Notes: generated by a model from the letters alone, not told the origin. Positions 18,114 through 28,982 are shown, counted from the first letter of the stretch. The stretch is DNA of 64,000 nucleotides from Cyanobacteriota bacterium (GCA_046045965.1 JBJOKS010000022.1:1-64000), one strand, 5' to 3'. Numbers and translations: made by a program.

Positions 18114-19610
18114 TTACCCTATTCCCAACTTTCCAGCTAAAGCGGGAGTGAGAGGTAAAAGAGTGCTAATCATGAGAAATAGAGCCAAAAGACCCAAAGC
18201 GGCTCTTGCGTCATCGGGTTCAGTGACTTCATTCAAACTGGGGCGTTCTGCATCCCGTTGTAAAAAGAAAATCACAATTGCCCAATACATAGCCAGAGTA
18301 TTACCCAGAGAAACCAAAGCCAGCAAAATTAAAGTTGCAATTGTGGATCTTCCTGCGGTTTTGCGGCCATAAATTGCTTGAACAATGCGCCCCCCGTCTA
18401 GTTGTCCTGCTGGCATTAAGTTTAAAGCTGTGATCACCAAACCTAACCAACCAATGATCACCAGAGGATGGACATTGACCAAAGGAGCTTGGAGAGAAGA
18501 ACCCAGAACAACCCGCGCCAAACTACCTACTAAAATAGAACCTTGGAAAAACTTATTTGGTAATTGAAATAAACTGCCTGGGTGAGAAAGTAGCAAACCT
18601 GTCACCAACATGATCAAAGAAACAATACCGCCAAAAGCTGGACCTGCCAAAGCAATATCAAATAACGCCTTGCGGTTAGGTAATAGAGATTCAAAACGGG
18701 TAATTGCTCCAAAAGAGCCAATTTGCACCGCTGGGAGGAAAAAAGGCCAACTTAGACGGACTTGGTGTTTGCGAGCAAATAACCAATGACCAATTTCATG
18801 AGCTATCAAAATTGTAAATATTCCCAACCCGATGGGTAAAGCTTCAGAAAACCGTGATGGGTTGGCGAATAAATCAAAATTCAGTAGTAACCCGGCTGCT
18901 TCTAAATTGGTGGCGATAGTTGCTACTAATAGGATCACTGCAAAGACTTTTTGTGGTAACTGCAAAGGTCTGGGATCAGTGCGACTAGGCTGAACTATCA
19001 TTACTGGTTTATCGTCTGTGTTATCCACCAAAAACAGGCGATATTTATCACCTACGCGCTCTTGCAAACTTTTGGTGAGACGGTTGTGAACTTCCTCCGG
19101 TTCTCCCCGTAAATTACCTTTGAAAATTGCTCCTTCTTGGTAGGGGATGGTTTCCGTGACAAAAAATGTATCAATACCGAAAATACCTTTGATGGTATTT
19201 AAATCTGCTTCCGGTATTGTTATGGCCTCCAGTTTCACTTCTGCAACCACTACTGGTTGGTTAGCATTTTCTGGGGTGCTTGCTGCTTCTGAAGCTTGGT
19301 TAGCAAGTCTTTCCGTTGCTTTAGCTTTAAGAATGGCATCTTGTCCAGCATTGCGTAACTGTCTACCTAAGAAGATATACAGCCCAGTTGAAACCACTAG
19401 CAATAACAACACACCCGCGATATTGATATAAATTCCAGCCGCAAAAAAACCAAAGAATAATAGCCAGGGAGCCATTAATACTACAGACTGTAACCAGGCT
19501 AAGATACCCAGCTTACCAAAAGGTCTGGCGCGATAAAAGCCCCAACCCAAAATGCCGAAAGCGACCAGCAAAACAGCCGCAATTATAGGAGTTTCTGATG
19601 AAGTGAACAT
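18114..19610 (-). CDS. Site-2 protease family (M50) membrane metalloprotease
   Basis: HEIGH, IALAGP, NLMPAGQLDGG; ATG 19610 preferred as start. Confidence 0.92.
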   Translation of the reverse strand: MFTSSETPIIAAVLLVAFGILGWGFYRARPFGKLGILAWLQSVVLMAPWLLFFGFFAAGIYINIAGVLLLLVVSTGLYIFLGRQLRNAGQDAILKAKATERLANQASEAASTPENANQPVVVAEVKLEAITIPEADLNTIKGIFGIDTFFVTETIPYQEGAIFKGNLRGEPEEVHNRLTKSLQERVGDKYRLFLVDNTDDKPVMIVQPSRTDPRPLQLPQKVFAVILLVATIATNLEAAGLLLNFDLFANPSRFSEALPIGLGIFTILIAHEIGHWLFARKHQVRLSWPFFLPAVQIGSFGAITRFESLLPNRKALFDIALAGPAFGGIVSLIMLVTGLLLSHPGSLFQLPNKFFQGSILVGSLARVVLGSSLQAPLVNVHPLVIIGWLGLVITALNLMPAGQLDGGRIVQAIYGRKTAGRSTIATLILLALVSLGNTLAMYWAIVIFFLQRDAERPSLNEVTEPDDARAALGLLALFLMISTLLPLTPALAGKLGIG

Positions 19611-19691
19611 CGCTAAACCTTTGCTATTGAGATCAAGCCAGAACAAGTCCGGTTTTTTAATTACCTTAATTACTCTTTGACACTCCCCGGT

Positions 19692-20918
19692 CTAAAGACG
19701 CGGGGATTCTACATTCATAGACTCGCCGTTAGACGACAGGTTTACACCAATCGCCCAAGAGGGCAAATCTCCTGTAGCGTAAGTTCCCGTATGCCCTACG
19801 GTACTTAATCCTAATTTTAGGATATTGATGCTGGCGTTCACATCTCTATCTTCCACAAACCCACAATGATGACAAACATGAGTTCTAGTTGATAGAGATT
19901 TTTGTACTTTTTGTCCACAATGAGAGCAATTTTGGCTGGTGTTATGGGGAGGAACAGCAACAGTTACCTTTGCATATTTATGCCCAAAATATTCTAACCA
20001 TTGCCTAAAAGTAGACCAACCAGCATCAGATATTGATTTAGCTAAATGTCGGTTTTTTACCATGCCTTTCACATTTAAGTCTTCATAGGCTACCAAATCG
20101 TTAGATTGGATCACGGAATACGCTAATCTCTTGCAATATTCTTTTCGCTGCCTACTTACTCTTAAATGTTTACGTGCATACCTATTTCTAGCTTTATGAT
20201 AGTTGTTAGATTGTCGTTGCTTGGCTTTTTTACGTTCTCTACTAAACTTCTTGGATTTCTGACGATTAGCTCGATTTAATTGTTTCTCTGATTTTCTATA
20301 GAACTGTGGAGCAAATTCTACATTGCCTTTTGAATCAGCAATGAAATATTTTAACCCTACATCTAACCCAACGATTTGATTTGTTGGTTGAGACTCAACC
20401 CTAACTTGAACATCAATCGCAAATTGAGCATAATATCCATCAGCCCGACGAACTAAACGAACTCGCTTAATTTGCTTAATATCATAGAAGTTAAGATCAT
20501 AAGTCCCCTTTAACTTCAGAGTACCTATGCCTTTCTGATCAGATAAAGTAATTGCTTTTCTTGTTTCAGATAGTTTCCAACCGCTTGTTTTATATTCAAC
20601 AGAACGACAATTATTTTTGAATTTAGGGAAACCCTTTTTACCTTTAACGTTCTTTTTGCAATTATCGTAAAACCGAGCTATTGCGCTCCAAGAACGTTCA
20701 GCAGCAGATTGCCTAGCCATTGAGTTGAGTTCATCAGCAAAAGGAAATTCTGATGCTAATACTGCACAATATTTATTGAGGTCATATTTACCTACGCCTT
20801 TGTTATCCATCCAATAGCGTAAACATTTGTTTTGGATGAATTGGCTGGTACGAATAGCCTCATCTATTGCTTGATATTGCCTGTCTTTTGCTTTGACTTT
20901 GAACTCGTAAATTATCAT
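19692..20918 (-). CDS. tnpB: RNA-guided endonuclease TnpB
   Basis: RuvC residues GLDVG (D), AYEDL (E), DRDVNA (D); zinc finger CSHCG/CHHCG. Confidence 0.93.
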   Translation of the reverse strand: MIIYEFKVKAKDRQYQAIDEAIRTSQFIQNKCLRYWMDNKGVGKYDLNKYCAVLASEFPFADELNSMARQSAAERSWSAIARFYDNCKKNVKGKKGFPKFKNNCRSVEYKTSGWKLSETRKAITLSDQKGIGTLKLKGTYDLNFYDIKQIKRVRLVRRADGYYAQFAIDVQVRVESQPTNQIVGLDVGLKYFIADSKGNVEFAPQFYRKSEKQLNRANRQKSKKFSRERKKAKQRQSNNYHKARNRYARKHLRVSRQRKEYCKRLAYSVIQSNDLVAYEDLNVKGMVKNRHLAKSISDAGWSTFRQWLEYFGHKYAKVTVAVPPHNTSQNCSHCGQKVQKSLSTRTHVCHHCGFVEDRDVNASINILKLGLSTVGHTGTYATGDLPSWAIGVNLSSNGESMNVESPRL

Positions 20919-20941
20919 GGTGACGACCTAATAACCATGAT

Positions 20942-20973
20942 GTTATGCTAAACTGTAAAGCATAACCTGTCAA
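20942..20973 (-). promoter_or_regulatory. Sigma70-type tnpB promoter overlapped by a palindrome
   Basis: Minus strand TTGACA-N17-TAGCAT; inverted repeat GTTATGCT...AGCATAAC covers the spacer and -10. Confidence 0.55.
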
Positions 20974-21139
20974 GACAAAGAATGCGTCACTGAGGGAAGA
21001 CAGCCCTTAGTCGGCTTTCATCCCCGACTTAAAAGGCGTTAATCCTTAAAAACTTTTTGGGTTTTAGGGATTCTCTTCGGAGTTTTCAGCCTATTTTCTT
21101 ATAACGTTGTTTCAGGACAATGTTGTATGAGCGAGAAAT

Positions 21140-21370
21140 TTGGCTAAAGCTGCTGTGGAAGCTGCACAAGGTCGTTTGCGTCCAATTTTAATGACTGCTA
21201 TTTCTACTCTTTTGGGGATTTTTCCTTTAGCTGTGGTTACTGGTGCTGGTGCTGGTAGTCGTCAATCTTTGGGTACTGCGGTGTTTGGTGGGATGTTGGT
21301 TGTGCCAATTTTGTATATCATCATTGCTAAAATTCGTGAGGGTTTGCAACCTGTTCGTAAGTATCATTAA
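21140..21370 (+). pseudogene. C-terminal remnant of an AcrB-type RND permease
   Basis: AAVEAAQGRLRPILMT..GIFPL..GAGAGSRQSLGTAVFGG; only about 76 aa of a roughly 1000-aa family. Confidence 0.85.
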
Positions 21371-21720
21371 TGGGAAATTGGCAATTGTTACTCCTTGGTT
21401 TTACCTCTTGTCTTTTCCCACTAATGAATTATTACTTTTAATAATCACTGTCAGCTACACAAATTCCTTTGCATTTAATACCGTTTGTAGCAGTGCGCTG
21501 ACAATGGGAACATAACACTTTTTCGGTTTCTATTTCTTGATTTATTTTGGTATTTACCCTTGTCTGTAAGTTGTCTTTTTCTGTCGGAATTTTTGCGCTC
21601 ATAGGAATAGAGAAATTTTTTAATTTTTCTCAATCATATCAATTCTCTAAAATTCAGCAACATTGGTGGTTGTTACTGGCGGGATTTTTGCTCTAGTCTT
21701 TGTCATTATGGGTATTGGTG

Positions 21721-23025
21721 TCAGTTATTATTTGGGTGTTTCTGTGGTTGTGGTTTACGTCGATTTTGCCATAAATATCTGCTACCAAAATATAATCCTA
21801 GTATCATCAAGCTGAAACTTGGTGAAAATTCAAATGGTACAGCAGTAGCAGCAGAAAAGTTGAGATTAAGGCTATAAAATTGTGCAGCATCTTGGGTGCC
21901 AAAAACTCTAATAAAATAGTCTCCAGAACTTAATGAAATATTGGATAAAGTTTCAGAAACACCTAAACCACCAATATTACTTAATCCCAAAGAAGTAATA
22001 CCATCACTCCCTAGAATTTCTAGACCTAAATTATTCTGAGTGGAGGGATCAAAGAGACTTTGGATACCATCTTGTGGACCCTGATTGTAGGGGACTCCTA
22101 ATGCTTGTAGAGCCAGATCCAATACTGCATCACTACTGACGTTGAATCTCAAGAAATCTGTGTCTGACAAACCATCAATACTAATAAAATCAGTTTCAGT
22201 GGGTGCTACAACCAAATCAACTGCATCAGTACCAATGGCAAAAGAATCATTGATATTGAACGAACCGAGATCGTGTGCATCGGCAATAGTTTCATTACCA
22301 CTCTGTTTAGTTTCCAGTGCATCGCCATAAAGTCGCTGCGCCCCAAGAATATCATCAAATTGAGGTCCATCAAACCCTAGATTAAGAACCGGTTCCAGGA
22401 GGAAGTTACCATCAGATGACTCAACGTGTTCCAGACCAATGCCATGACCTAGCTCGTGGGTTAAAGTGTTGCGTAGTCCCAATGAGTTGTTTGATGTATT
22501 GTTGTAAAAACTATCGGCTGTATCTATAACCATGTCCCCTACATTAGGGAAAAAGTTATAGGCTAAAATGCCAAAATTCCCATCAATCAAATGTCCACCA
22601 ATGCGAACATCACCACGAGTTCCTAATAAGCCTGAAGTAAACCCAAGAGAAGTATTGTCATCATTCGCCTCATATTGATAGGTGATACCTGTTAATTCAC
22701 TCCAACGATTAAAAGAAGCACTAATAACATTAAACCAGGCTTTATTTTGGATATTCGGTGTTCCAGCACTGCCATATATTCCATCCAAGAATGAAATCAA
22801 ATTGCTAGGAGCATTTGGTTCTCCAGCAAAACCTGTTATGGGTGTCCCATCACCGACAATAGACCAGGTAATTGTTGTGGGATCACCTTGCACTAAACCA
22901 CTGCCATCTGTTGCAGTGCTACTCCAACGGGGACTTAGCTGAAAGGCGATCGCAGCATTTGGGCTAAAAATCGTCACAGCGGCGGAAACGGTAGTACACA
23001 GCGAGAGATTGATGTGCTTTTTCAT
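21721..23025 (-). CDS. Secreted matrixin (M10) zinc metalloprotease with PPC-like domain and PFE-CTERM sorting tail
   Basis: Signal peptide; HELGHGIGLEH; VPFEFSP plus TM helix plus basic tail. Confidence 0.85.
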   Translation of the reverse strand: MKKHINLSLCTTVSAAVTIFSPNAAIAFQLSPRWSSTATDGSGLVQGDPTTITWSIVGDGTPITGFAGEPNAPSNLISFLDGIYGSAGTPNIQNKAWFNVISASFNRWSELTGITYQYEANDDNTSLGFTSGLLGTRGDVRIGGHLIDGNFGILAYNFFPNVGDMVIDTADSFYNNTSNNSLGLRNTLTHELGHGIGLEHVESSDGNFLLEPVLNLGFDGPQFDDILGAQRLYGDALETKQSGNETIADAHDLGSFNINDSFAIGTDAVDLVVAPTETDFISIDGLSDTDFLRFNVSSDAVLDLALQALGVPYNQGPQDGIQSLFDPSTQNNLGLEILGSDGITSLGLSNIGGLGVSETLSNISLSSGDYFIRVFGTQDAAQFYSLNLNFSAATAVPFEFSPSFSLMILGLYFGSRYLWQNRRKPQPQKHPNNN

Positions 23026-23319
23026 TAGCTTGCTCTTTTTGCTTAAACTCTATTTAATCCAACTAAATAGATACTGTTTTCGCCCAAGTGGTTGTAATAT
23101 TCAAGATAAAAGTTGCACTGAAGAAATTAAGGTGATGTAAAATTATGTAACTTAAGTTTTATCTCGTAAATAATTACACGGATATAAGGCGATTCAGAGT
23201 ACATTACCTTAATCAACCATGAATATCTACCGAATATCTACTGAATATTACTTAAATTTATATTCATTTTATGTAATTTATTTATGTGAATTCACACTAA
23301 AATTATGTAACATAAATGA

Positions 23320-25443
23320 TTATGGTGTTTGTACTGATTCTGTAGGCTCTGGTGTAGGTGTTTCTGTGGGTTCTGCTGTGGGTTCTGGTGTAGGTGTTTC
23401 TGTAGGTTCTGGTTCTGGGGGATTTTCTGCGGTGACAGTTAGTTGATAATCTATAGGTTTGGAGGCTTTGGAAACTACTACAAATTCATAAAATCCGGTT
23501 TCTGGTAATGTTTTGGATACAGTACGCACTGTTGAATCTTCTAAAAATGTGACTTTACCAGAGGGAGAATAAATTGAAAGTAAAACTTGAGAATTGGCAT
23601 CTAGTTTAACTTCCATATTTTGATCTTTGGCTAGTCCAGCGATGAAAATTTTACCTCCTCCTGGTTGGAGAGTACCACTGACTGTTTTACCTGTAGCACC
23701 TTCAGGAAAAACTATTCTTTCAAATGCGCTGTTTGCAAGGATGGCGTTAAGTCTATCACTAACAAATGCGTGCCAAACTTGCCCTATGGGTTGTTCTAGG
23801 AAATTTTTACCTTGCTGTTCCGGGAATACACGCAAGAAAGCGGCATCTCCTAAGTCATACAAAGAACGACTACCAACGTTGATTTTGTTAACTTCTACTT
23901 TCCAGCGATCGCGTTCTGCTGATGTATAAGTTCCCATTAGCCTACGGGAACTATCACTTAGAGAAGAAAGCTTTTCTAGGACTTCGGAGGCGGTTTTATC
24001 CCATTCTGCACGCAAACTTTCATCTTCTGGTTTATCGCTGAGGGTTCGTCCTGTAAGACTGGGGTTTTTTTGCCAAAAGATTTGATTTACTAAACTGACA
24101 TAAAACTTATTATTTATACCTAGCTGTTGACGGCGATCGCTCAATCTTTGTTTGCGTTCTCTTTCTGCTGGTGAATAATTATCTGTAGGTTCTGGGGTGG
24201 GAGTTTCCGTAGGGGTAGGACTTAATGTAATGTCTGGGTCATTTACATCTGGATTTTTTGCACGGTTATTAACGCCCCACCACAGTAGACCTATACTGCT
24301 AAATAAGGCTACGGTGACAATAAAGACGTTTGTAGCTGTCCATACACTAGAGGTTTGAGGTGTGGGAATAACAATAGGTGGGGGTGCTGGAGTTTTGGGG
24401 GGAGAAACAGCAACGGTTTCTGCTGTGGGAATAGGTGGGGGTGTAGGAGTTGGGGGTTGAGTGGGAGGATAATAGTTAGCTGCTGGGGGGTTGAGTGCTG
24501 AAAGAACTTGACGGGTTGACTGATAGCGATCGCTTGGTTTTGGCGATAGCATTTTATCTAAGATATCTCCTAAAATGGGACTGAGGCTAATTTCCCGCCG
24601 CCATTGCCAAGTTAGATTATGAGTATCAATTAATTCTTGAGGTTGTTTACCTGTCAGTAAAACTAACACTGTCACAGCTAAAGCATATAAGTCACTGTGG
24701 GGAGAGACCACACCTGTTTGCATTTGTTCTGGAGGTGCAAACCCTATTTTTCCTAATAAAGTTCCGCCACTGCTAGATGTAATTTCACCAGATTGATAAT
24801 ATTGAGAAGCTACAGTTGCGGCGACTTGTTTGACACCACCAAAATCAATTAATACTGGTAATTTATCTGCACTGCGAAGCATTAAATTATCAGGAGAGAT
24901 ATCACGATGTATCACACCCACAGAGTGGATGTATTCCAAAACTGGTAAAATTTGCTGTAATAGCTGACGTACTTCTATTTCTGTAAATTTTAACCCCTGT
25001 TGTTTGCGGGTATTTAATAAAGAATTATAAGTTTCCCCTGCTACATAATCTTGCACCAAAAATAGAGATTCTTTACCTTGTAAGTGAATGCGTAATAGTT
25101 CCCGAAAGCGGGGAATTTGGGGATGTTGTAATTGATAAAGAACAGTAGCTTCCCGCTGAAATAGTTCCTCAGCTTTTTGGACGACGTAAGGAGTTTGAAC
25201 TTGGGGAGAAAATTCCTTTAAAACACAAGGTTCACGGAAACGGTTAATATCTTCTGCTAAATAAGTTTTCCCAAACCCACCTTGTCCGAGTAGACGAACA
25301 ATTACATAGCGATCGCCTAAAGTTTGTCCTGGTTGAATACCACTGTTGACAGTTGGAAGATCCAACATTTTCTCCCCACATTGGAGACAAAATTTACTAC
25401 CAGATGGGTTTTGATGTCCTTGAGAACAATAAATGTTAGTCAT
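23320..25443 (-). CDS. Membrane Ser/Thr protein kinase
   Basis: Zn-ribbon N-terminus, LGQGGFG, HRDISPDN, IDFG, TM helix, PT-rich linkers. Confidence 0.95.
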   Translation of the reverse strand: MTNIYCSQGHQNPSGSKFCLQCGEKMLDLPTVNSGIQPGQTLGDRYVIVRLLGQGGFGKTYLAEDINRFREPCVLKEFSPQVQTPYVVQKAEELFQREATVLYQLQHPQIPRFRELLRIHLQGKESLFLVQDYVAGETYNSLLNTRKQQGLKFTEIEVRQLLQQILPVLEYIHSVGVIHRDISPDNLMLRSADKLPVLIDFGGVKQVAATVASQYYQSGEITSSSGGTLLGKIGFAPPEQMQTGVVSPHSDLYALAVTVLVLLTGKQPQELIDTHNLTWQWRREISLSPILGDILDKMLSPKPSDRYQSTRQVLSALNPPAANYYPPTQPPTPTPPPIPTAETVAVSPPKTPAPPPIVIPTPQTSSVWTATNVFIVTVALFSSIGLLWWGVNNRAKNPDVNDPDITLSPTPTETPTPEPTDNYSPAERERKQRLSDRRQQLGINNKFYVSLVNQIFWQKNPSLTGRTLSDKPEDESLRAEWDKTASEVLEKLSSLSDSSRRLMGTYTSAERDRWKVEVNKINVGSRSLYDLGDAAFLRVFPEQQGKNFLEQPIGQVWHAFVSDRLNAILANSAFERIVFPEGATGKTVSGTLQPGGGKIFIAGLAKDQNMEVKLDANSQVLLSIYSPSGKVTFLEDSTVRTVSKTLPETGFYEFVVVSKASKPIDYQLTVTAENPPEPEPTETPTPEPTAEPTETPTPEPTESVQTP

Positions 25444-25598
25444 TAGTAATTAGTCATTAGTAATTAGTCATTAGTAATTGGTAATTGGTAATTGGTAATT
25501 GGTAATTGGTAATTGGTAATTGGTAATTGGTAATTGGGTTATTAACCTCCCCTGCTCTCTTCCCTGTCACCTGTCACCTGTCACCTGTCACCTGTCAC
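25436..25598. repeat. STRR arrays (TAATTAG/TCATTAG, TAATTGG, CCTGTCA)
   Basis: Visible heptamer arrays overlapping the start and stop of the adjacent kinase genes. Confidence 0.9.
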
Positions 25599-27279
25599 CG
25601 ACTTGATCAGAGGCGATCGCATACCAAAACTGCATAAAAGTTTGCTGATTTAGTTTCCCACGTTGTTGACCAGGAAACAATGGATCAAATTTTTGATATG
25701 TTTCCTCTCGCAGCTCCCTAAATGAACGATATTTACCTAATTTACCAGCTTTTGCCAGTCTATCCCACCTGTTGGCATCTTCTTGACTATAACTACCTAT
25801 TTTCTTGCGTGCGGACTGACTAAGATTAGCCTGTTCAATTTTCTTTAACAACTCATCTGCTGTACTATTCCAATGTTCTCGTAAAACCCTATCTTCTGGT
25901 TTATCTGTTAATACTCTTCCCCGCAGTCCTGGTCTTAAAGTATAAAAACGTTCATCAACAGTTTTAGTGAAAACCACTGAAGAAATTTCCAACTCTTGTA
26001 ACTTACTAAACACTTGTTGAATACTGCGGTTACTTCCCACACCGGAAGGATGATTAATAGATGGTATTTTGGGAACTTCAACTTTAGGTAAACTAATTGA
26101 TGTGATGCCTTTTACCATAAAATTTCCTAAAGCCCAAACACCTGCACCTGTTAAAGTCACTCCCGTAGTGATGATAAAGCTAACAGCAAAAGGACGCAAC
26201 CATACAGGCATGGGAATATTTTTGACAGCAGCGTGAGTTCTGTGATAAACCTGTTTCCCTGGTGCTGCGACCATTGTTTTCAACTTGGTAATATAAGGAG
26301 TTTGGGTATTAACTTGAGGTTGCATAGTATTTACATTATGGATAGCTGTAGAAGCAGAAGATGGTGGAGGTAAATCTTTGATCGCTTGATCAGCTGTTTG
26401 ATAGCGATCGCTGGGTTTATATGCCAACATCTTTTTTAAGATTGCTTCTAATTTTGGACTTACTTTAATTTCCTTTCCCCAGTACCAAGTCCCGTTATAG
26501 CTATCATAAAGTAATTGCGGTTCTTTGCCAGTCACTAACACCAAAGCCGTCACAGCTAACGAGTATAAATCACTATTTTTATACACCTTTCCCTGAATTA
26601 ACTGTTCTTCTGGTGCGTAGCCTTTTTTACCTAATAAAGTACCATTTCCACCTAACTGCGTTCGCCAAAAACCTTGATAAGCTGGTAATTGTTTTACACC
26701 ACCAAAATCAATCAACACAGGTAAATTATCACTTTGGCGTAAAATCAAATTATCCGGTGAAATATCGCGGTGGACTATATCTAAAGAGTGAATATAGCTC
26801 AAAATCGGCAGAATATTGTGCAGCAGGTTAATAACTTCTTCCTCACTAAAAGATTTTCCCTGACTTTGACGTTGTTCAAATAACTGATAATAATTAGCAC
26901 CTTCCACATAATCTTGGACCAAAAAGAAAAAATCTTTAGCACCAATCTTTGCTTGTATCGAATCATGAAAATGCGGAATTTGCGGATGTCGGATTTTTTT
27001 GAGTACACTTGCTTCTCGTTCAAATAATTCTTTAGCCTTTTGTAAATCTTCTGGTTTAGCTACTTGAGGCGCAAATTCTTTTAAAACACACTTTTGGCGG
27101 GCTTTTTGCCTATCAATCGCCAAATAACTCCGCCCAAAGCCACCTTGCCCCAGTATACGCGCAATTTCATAACGATTATTTATCACCTGTCCTACAGTGA
27201 GCGGTAAAGCTTCTCCGCACTGAGTACAAAAACTGTTACTGCTATTATTTGCGTGTTTCTTGCTGCAATAGACGGACAT
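25588..27279 (-). CDS. Membrane Ser/Thr protein kinase
   Basis: LGQGGFG, HRDISPDN, IDFG, APEE, TM helix. Confidence 0.95.
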   Translation of the reverse strand: MSVYCSKKHANNSSNSFCTQCGEALPLTVGQVINNRYEIARILGQGGFGRSYLAIDRQKARQKCVLKEFAPQVAKPEDLQKAKELFEREASVLKKIRHPQIPHFHDSIQAKIGAKDFFFLVQDYVEGANYYQLFEQRQSQGKSFSEEEVINLLHNILPILSYIHSLDIVHRDISPDNLILRQSDNLPVLIDFGGVKQLPAYQGFWRTQLGGNGTLLGKKGYAPEEQLIQGKVYKNSDLYSLAVTALVLVTGKEPQLLYDSYNGTWYWGKEIKVSPKLEAILKKMLAYKPSDRYQTADQAIKDLPPPSSASTAIHNVNTMQPQVNTQTPYITKLKTMVAAPGKQVYHRTHAAVKNIPMPVWLRPFAVSFIITTGVTLTGAGVWALGNFMVKGITSISLPKVEVPKIPSINHPSGVGSNRSIQQVFSKLQELEISSVVFTKTVDERFYTLRPGLRGRVLTDKPEDRVLREHWNSTADELLKKIEQANLSQSARKKIGSYSQEDANRWDRLAKAGKLGKYRSFRELREETYQKFDPLFPGQQRGKLNQQTFMQFWYAIASDQVGDR

Positions 27280-27347
27280 GGTAGGGAAGATAGATCAGTG
27301 ACTGATACAGTTCTACAATATCAAAAAGGTAATTTACGAACTATTTT

Positions 27348-27482
27348 GGTAATGGGTAATGGGTAATGGGTAATGGGTAATTGGTGACAGGGAAAATACA
27401 AATAATTTCTCCCCATCTCCCCCTATTCCTTATTCCCTGACTCCTGCCTTCTGCCTTCTGCCTCCTGACTCCTGACTCCTTC
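27348..27482. repeat. STRR arrays (TAATGGG; CTGCCTT/CTGACTC)
   Basis: Visible heptamer arrays. Confidence 0.85.
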
Positions 27483-27485
27483 CTT

Positions 27486-28982
27486 ATGAACCCAAAAACC
27501 CAAAAAGCGATTCAAGAACTAGAAAAATTTGTTTCTACTCCCCTAGCAGAAACACTGGAACAACACCAAAAAACTACACCGCAAGAAATAGCAATTAACC
27601 TATTTAAAAATGTAGCTGCTACCGTACCAGCGTACAAAGCATTTTTAGCAGAAAATGGCATCAATCCTGAAACAATTCAAACCTTAGCAGACTTCCAAAA
27701 ATTACCAGTCATTTGTAAAGAAAATTATATTTCTCTTTACTCTCTACCAGAACTATGTCAAGATGGAATATTAGGAAGCTGTGATATGATCGCGGCTTCC
27801 TCTGGCTCAACTGGTAAACCGACATTTTGGCCGCGTTTCTTCACAGATGAACTACAAATAGCCACCCGGTTTGAGCAAATTTTTCATGATAGTTTTCATG
27901 CAGATACTAAAAGCACTCTAGCAATAGTTTGTTTCACCTTGGGAACATGGGTAGGGGGAATGTTCACTACTAATTGTTGTCGGTATTTAGCTTGTAAAGG
28001 CTATCCGATTACAGTTATTACTCCGGGAAATAATAAAACCGAAATATTGCGAGTCGTGCAAGAATTAGGCGGAAATTTTGAGCAAGTTGTATTATTAGGA
28101 TATCCGCCATTTTTAAAAGATGTAATTGATACGGGAATTGCCAATAGTTTACAATGGAAACAACATCAAATTAAACTAGTAATGGCAGGAGAAGTATTTA
28201 GTGAAGAATGGCGGAATTTAGTTGGTGAAAGGATAGGATCGGAAAATCCCTGTTATGATTTTGCTTCTATGTATGGAACAGCAGACGCAGGAGTTTTAGG
28301 TAATGAAACACCTTTAAGTATTTGTATTAGAAGATTTTTAGCAGCAAATCCCGCAGCAGCAAAAGCATTATTTGGTGAGTCACGTTTACCAACATTGGTA
28401 CAGTATGATCCTTGTAGTCGGTTTTTTGAAGTTGAAGATGGTAGATTAATATTTTCTGGTAATAATGGCATTCCTTTAATTAGATATAATATCTTAGATA
28501 ATGGTGGGTTAATTAGTTATGAACAGATGCTGGAATTCTTAGCTGAATGGGGTTTTGATCCGGTTGCGGAGTTAGGTGAAAATAGAGGAATAAATCAATT
28601 ACCGTTTGTTTATGTTTTTGGACGTTCTAACTTTACAGTTTCTTATTTTGGTGCTAATATTTACCCAGAAAATGTGACAGTGGGATTAGAACAATCAATA
28701 ATTAGAGAATGGGTAACGGGTAAATTTGTGTTACAAGTAAAAGAAGATTTAGATAAAAATCGCTTTTTATCTGTGGTTGTGGAGTTAGCACCAGGGGTAG
28801 AGGGTAGCGAGGATAAAATTACACAGATAACGAATTCTATACTTTCTCAATTGTTGCGGTTAAATAGCGAGTTTGCTAATTATGTTCCTTCAGAATATCA
28901 AACACCGCAAGTAGAATTAAAACCTACAGGTGACGTTGAGTATTTTCCCGTTGGTGTTAAACATAGATATACAAGGAAATAA
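27486..28982 (+). CDS. Phenylacetate-CoA ligase family (PaaK-like) adenylating enzyme
   Basis: ASSGSTGKP, YGTAD, PLIRY, GR...GANIYP. Confidence 0.85.
   Translation: MNPKTQKAIQELEKFVSTPLAETLEQHQKTTPQEIAINLFKNVAATVPAYKAFLAENGINPETIQTLADFQKLPVICKENYISLYSLPELCQDGILGSCDMIAASSGSTGKPTFWPRFFTDELQIATRFEQIFHDSFHADTKSTLAIVCFTLGTWVGGMFTTNCCRYLACKGYPITVITPGNNKTEILRVVQELGGNFEQVVLLGYPPFLKDVIDTGIANSLQWKQHQIKLVMAGEVFSEEWRNLVGERIGSENPCYDFASMYGTADAGVLGNETPLSICIRRFLAANPAAAKALFGESRLPTLVQYDPCSRFFEVEDGRLIFSGNNGIPLIRYNILDNGGLISYEQMLEFLAEWGFDPVAELGENRGINQLPFVYVFGRSNFTVSYFGANIYPENVTVGLEQSIIREWVTGKFVLQVKEDLDKNRFLSVVVELAPGVEGSEDKITQITNSILSQLLRLNSEFANYVPSEYQTPQVELKPTGDVEYFPVGVKHRYTRK

Larger units (their letters stand above)
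19677..21100 (-). mobile_element. IS200/IS605-family element with tnpB only (IS1341-like)
   Basis: Right-end hairpin gaatccccgcgtctttagaccggggagtgTCAA (minus strand, ends 19677); left-end-like gaaaactccg...cggggatgaaagc at about 21015-21090; no tnpA; left boundary approximate. Confidence 0.75.

Noticed and set aside
18025..18372. 115-aa ORF with PVPCSL/PVPSPQ repeats
   Set aside because: Translation of STRR heptamers plus the antisense strand of the site-2 protease
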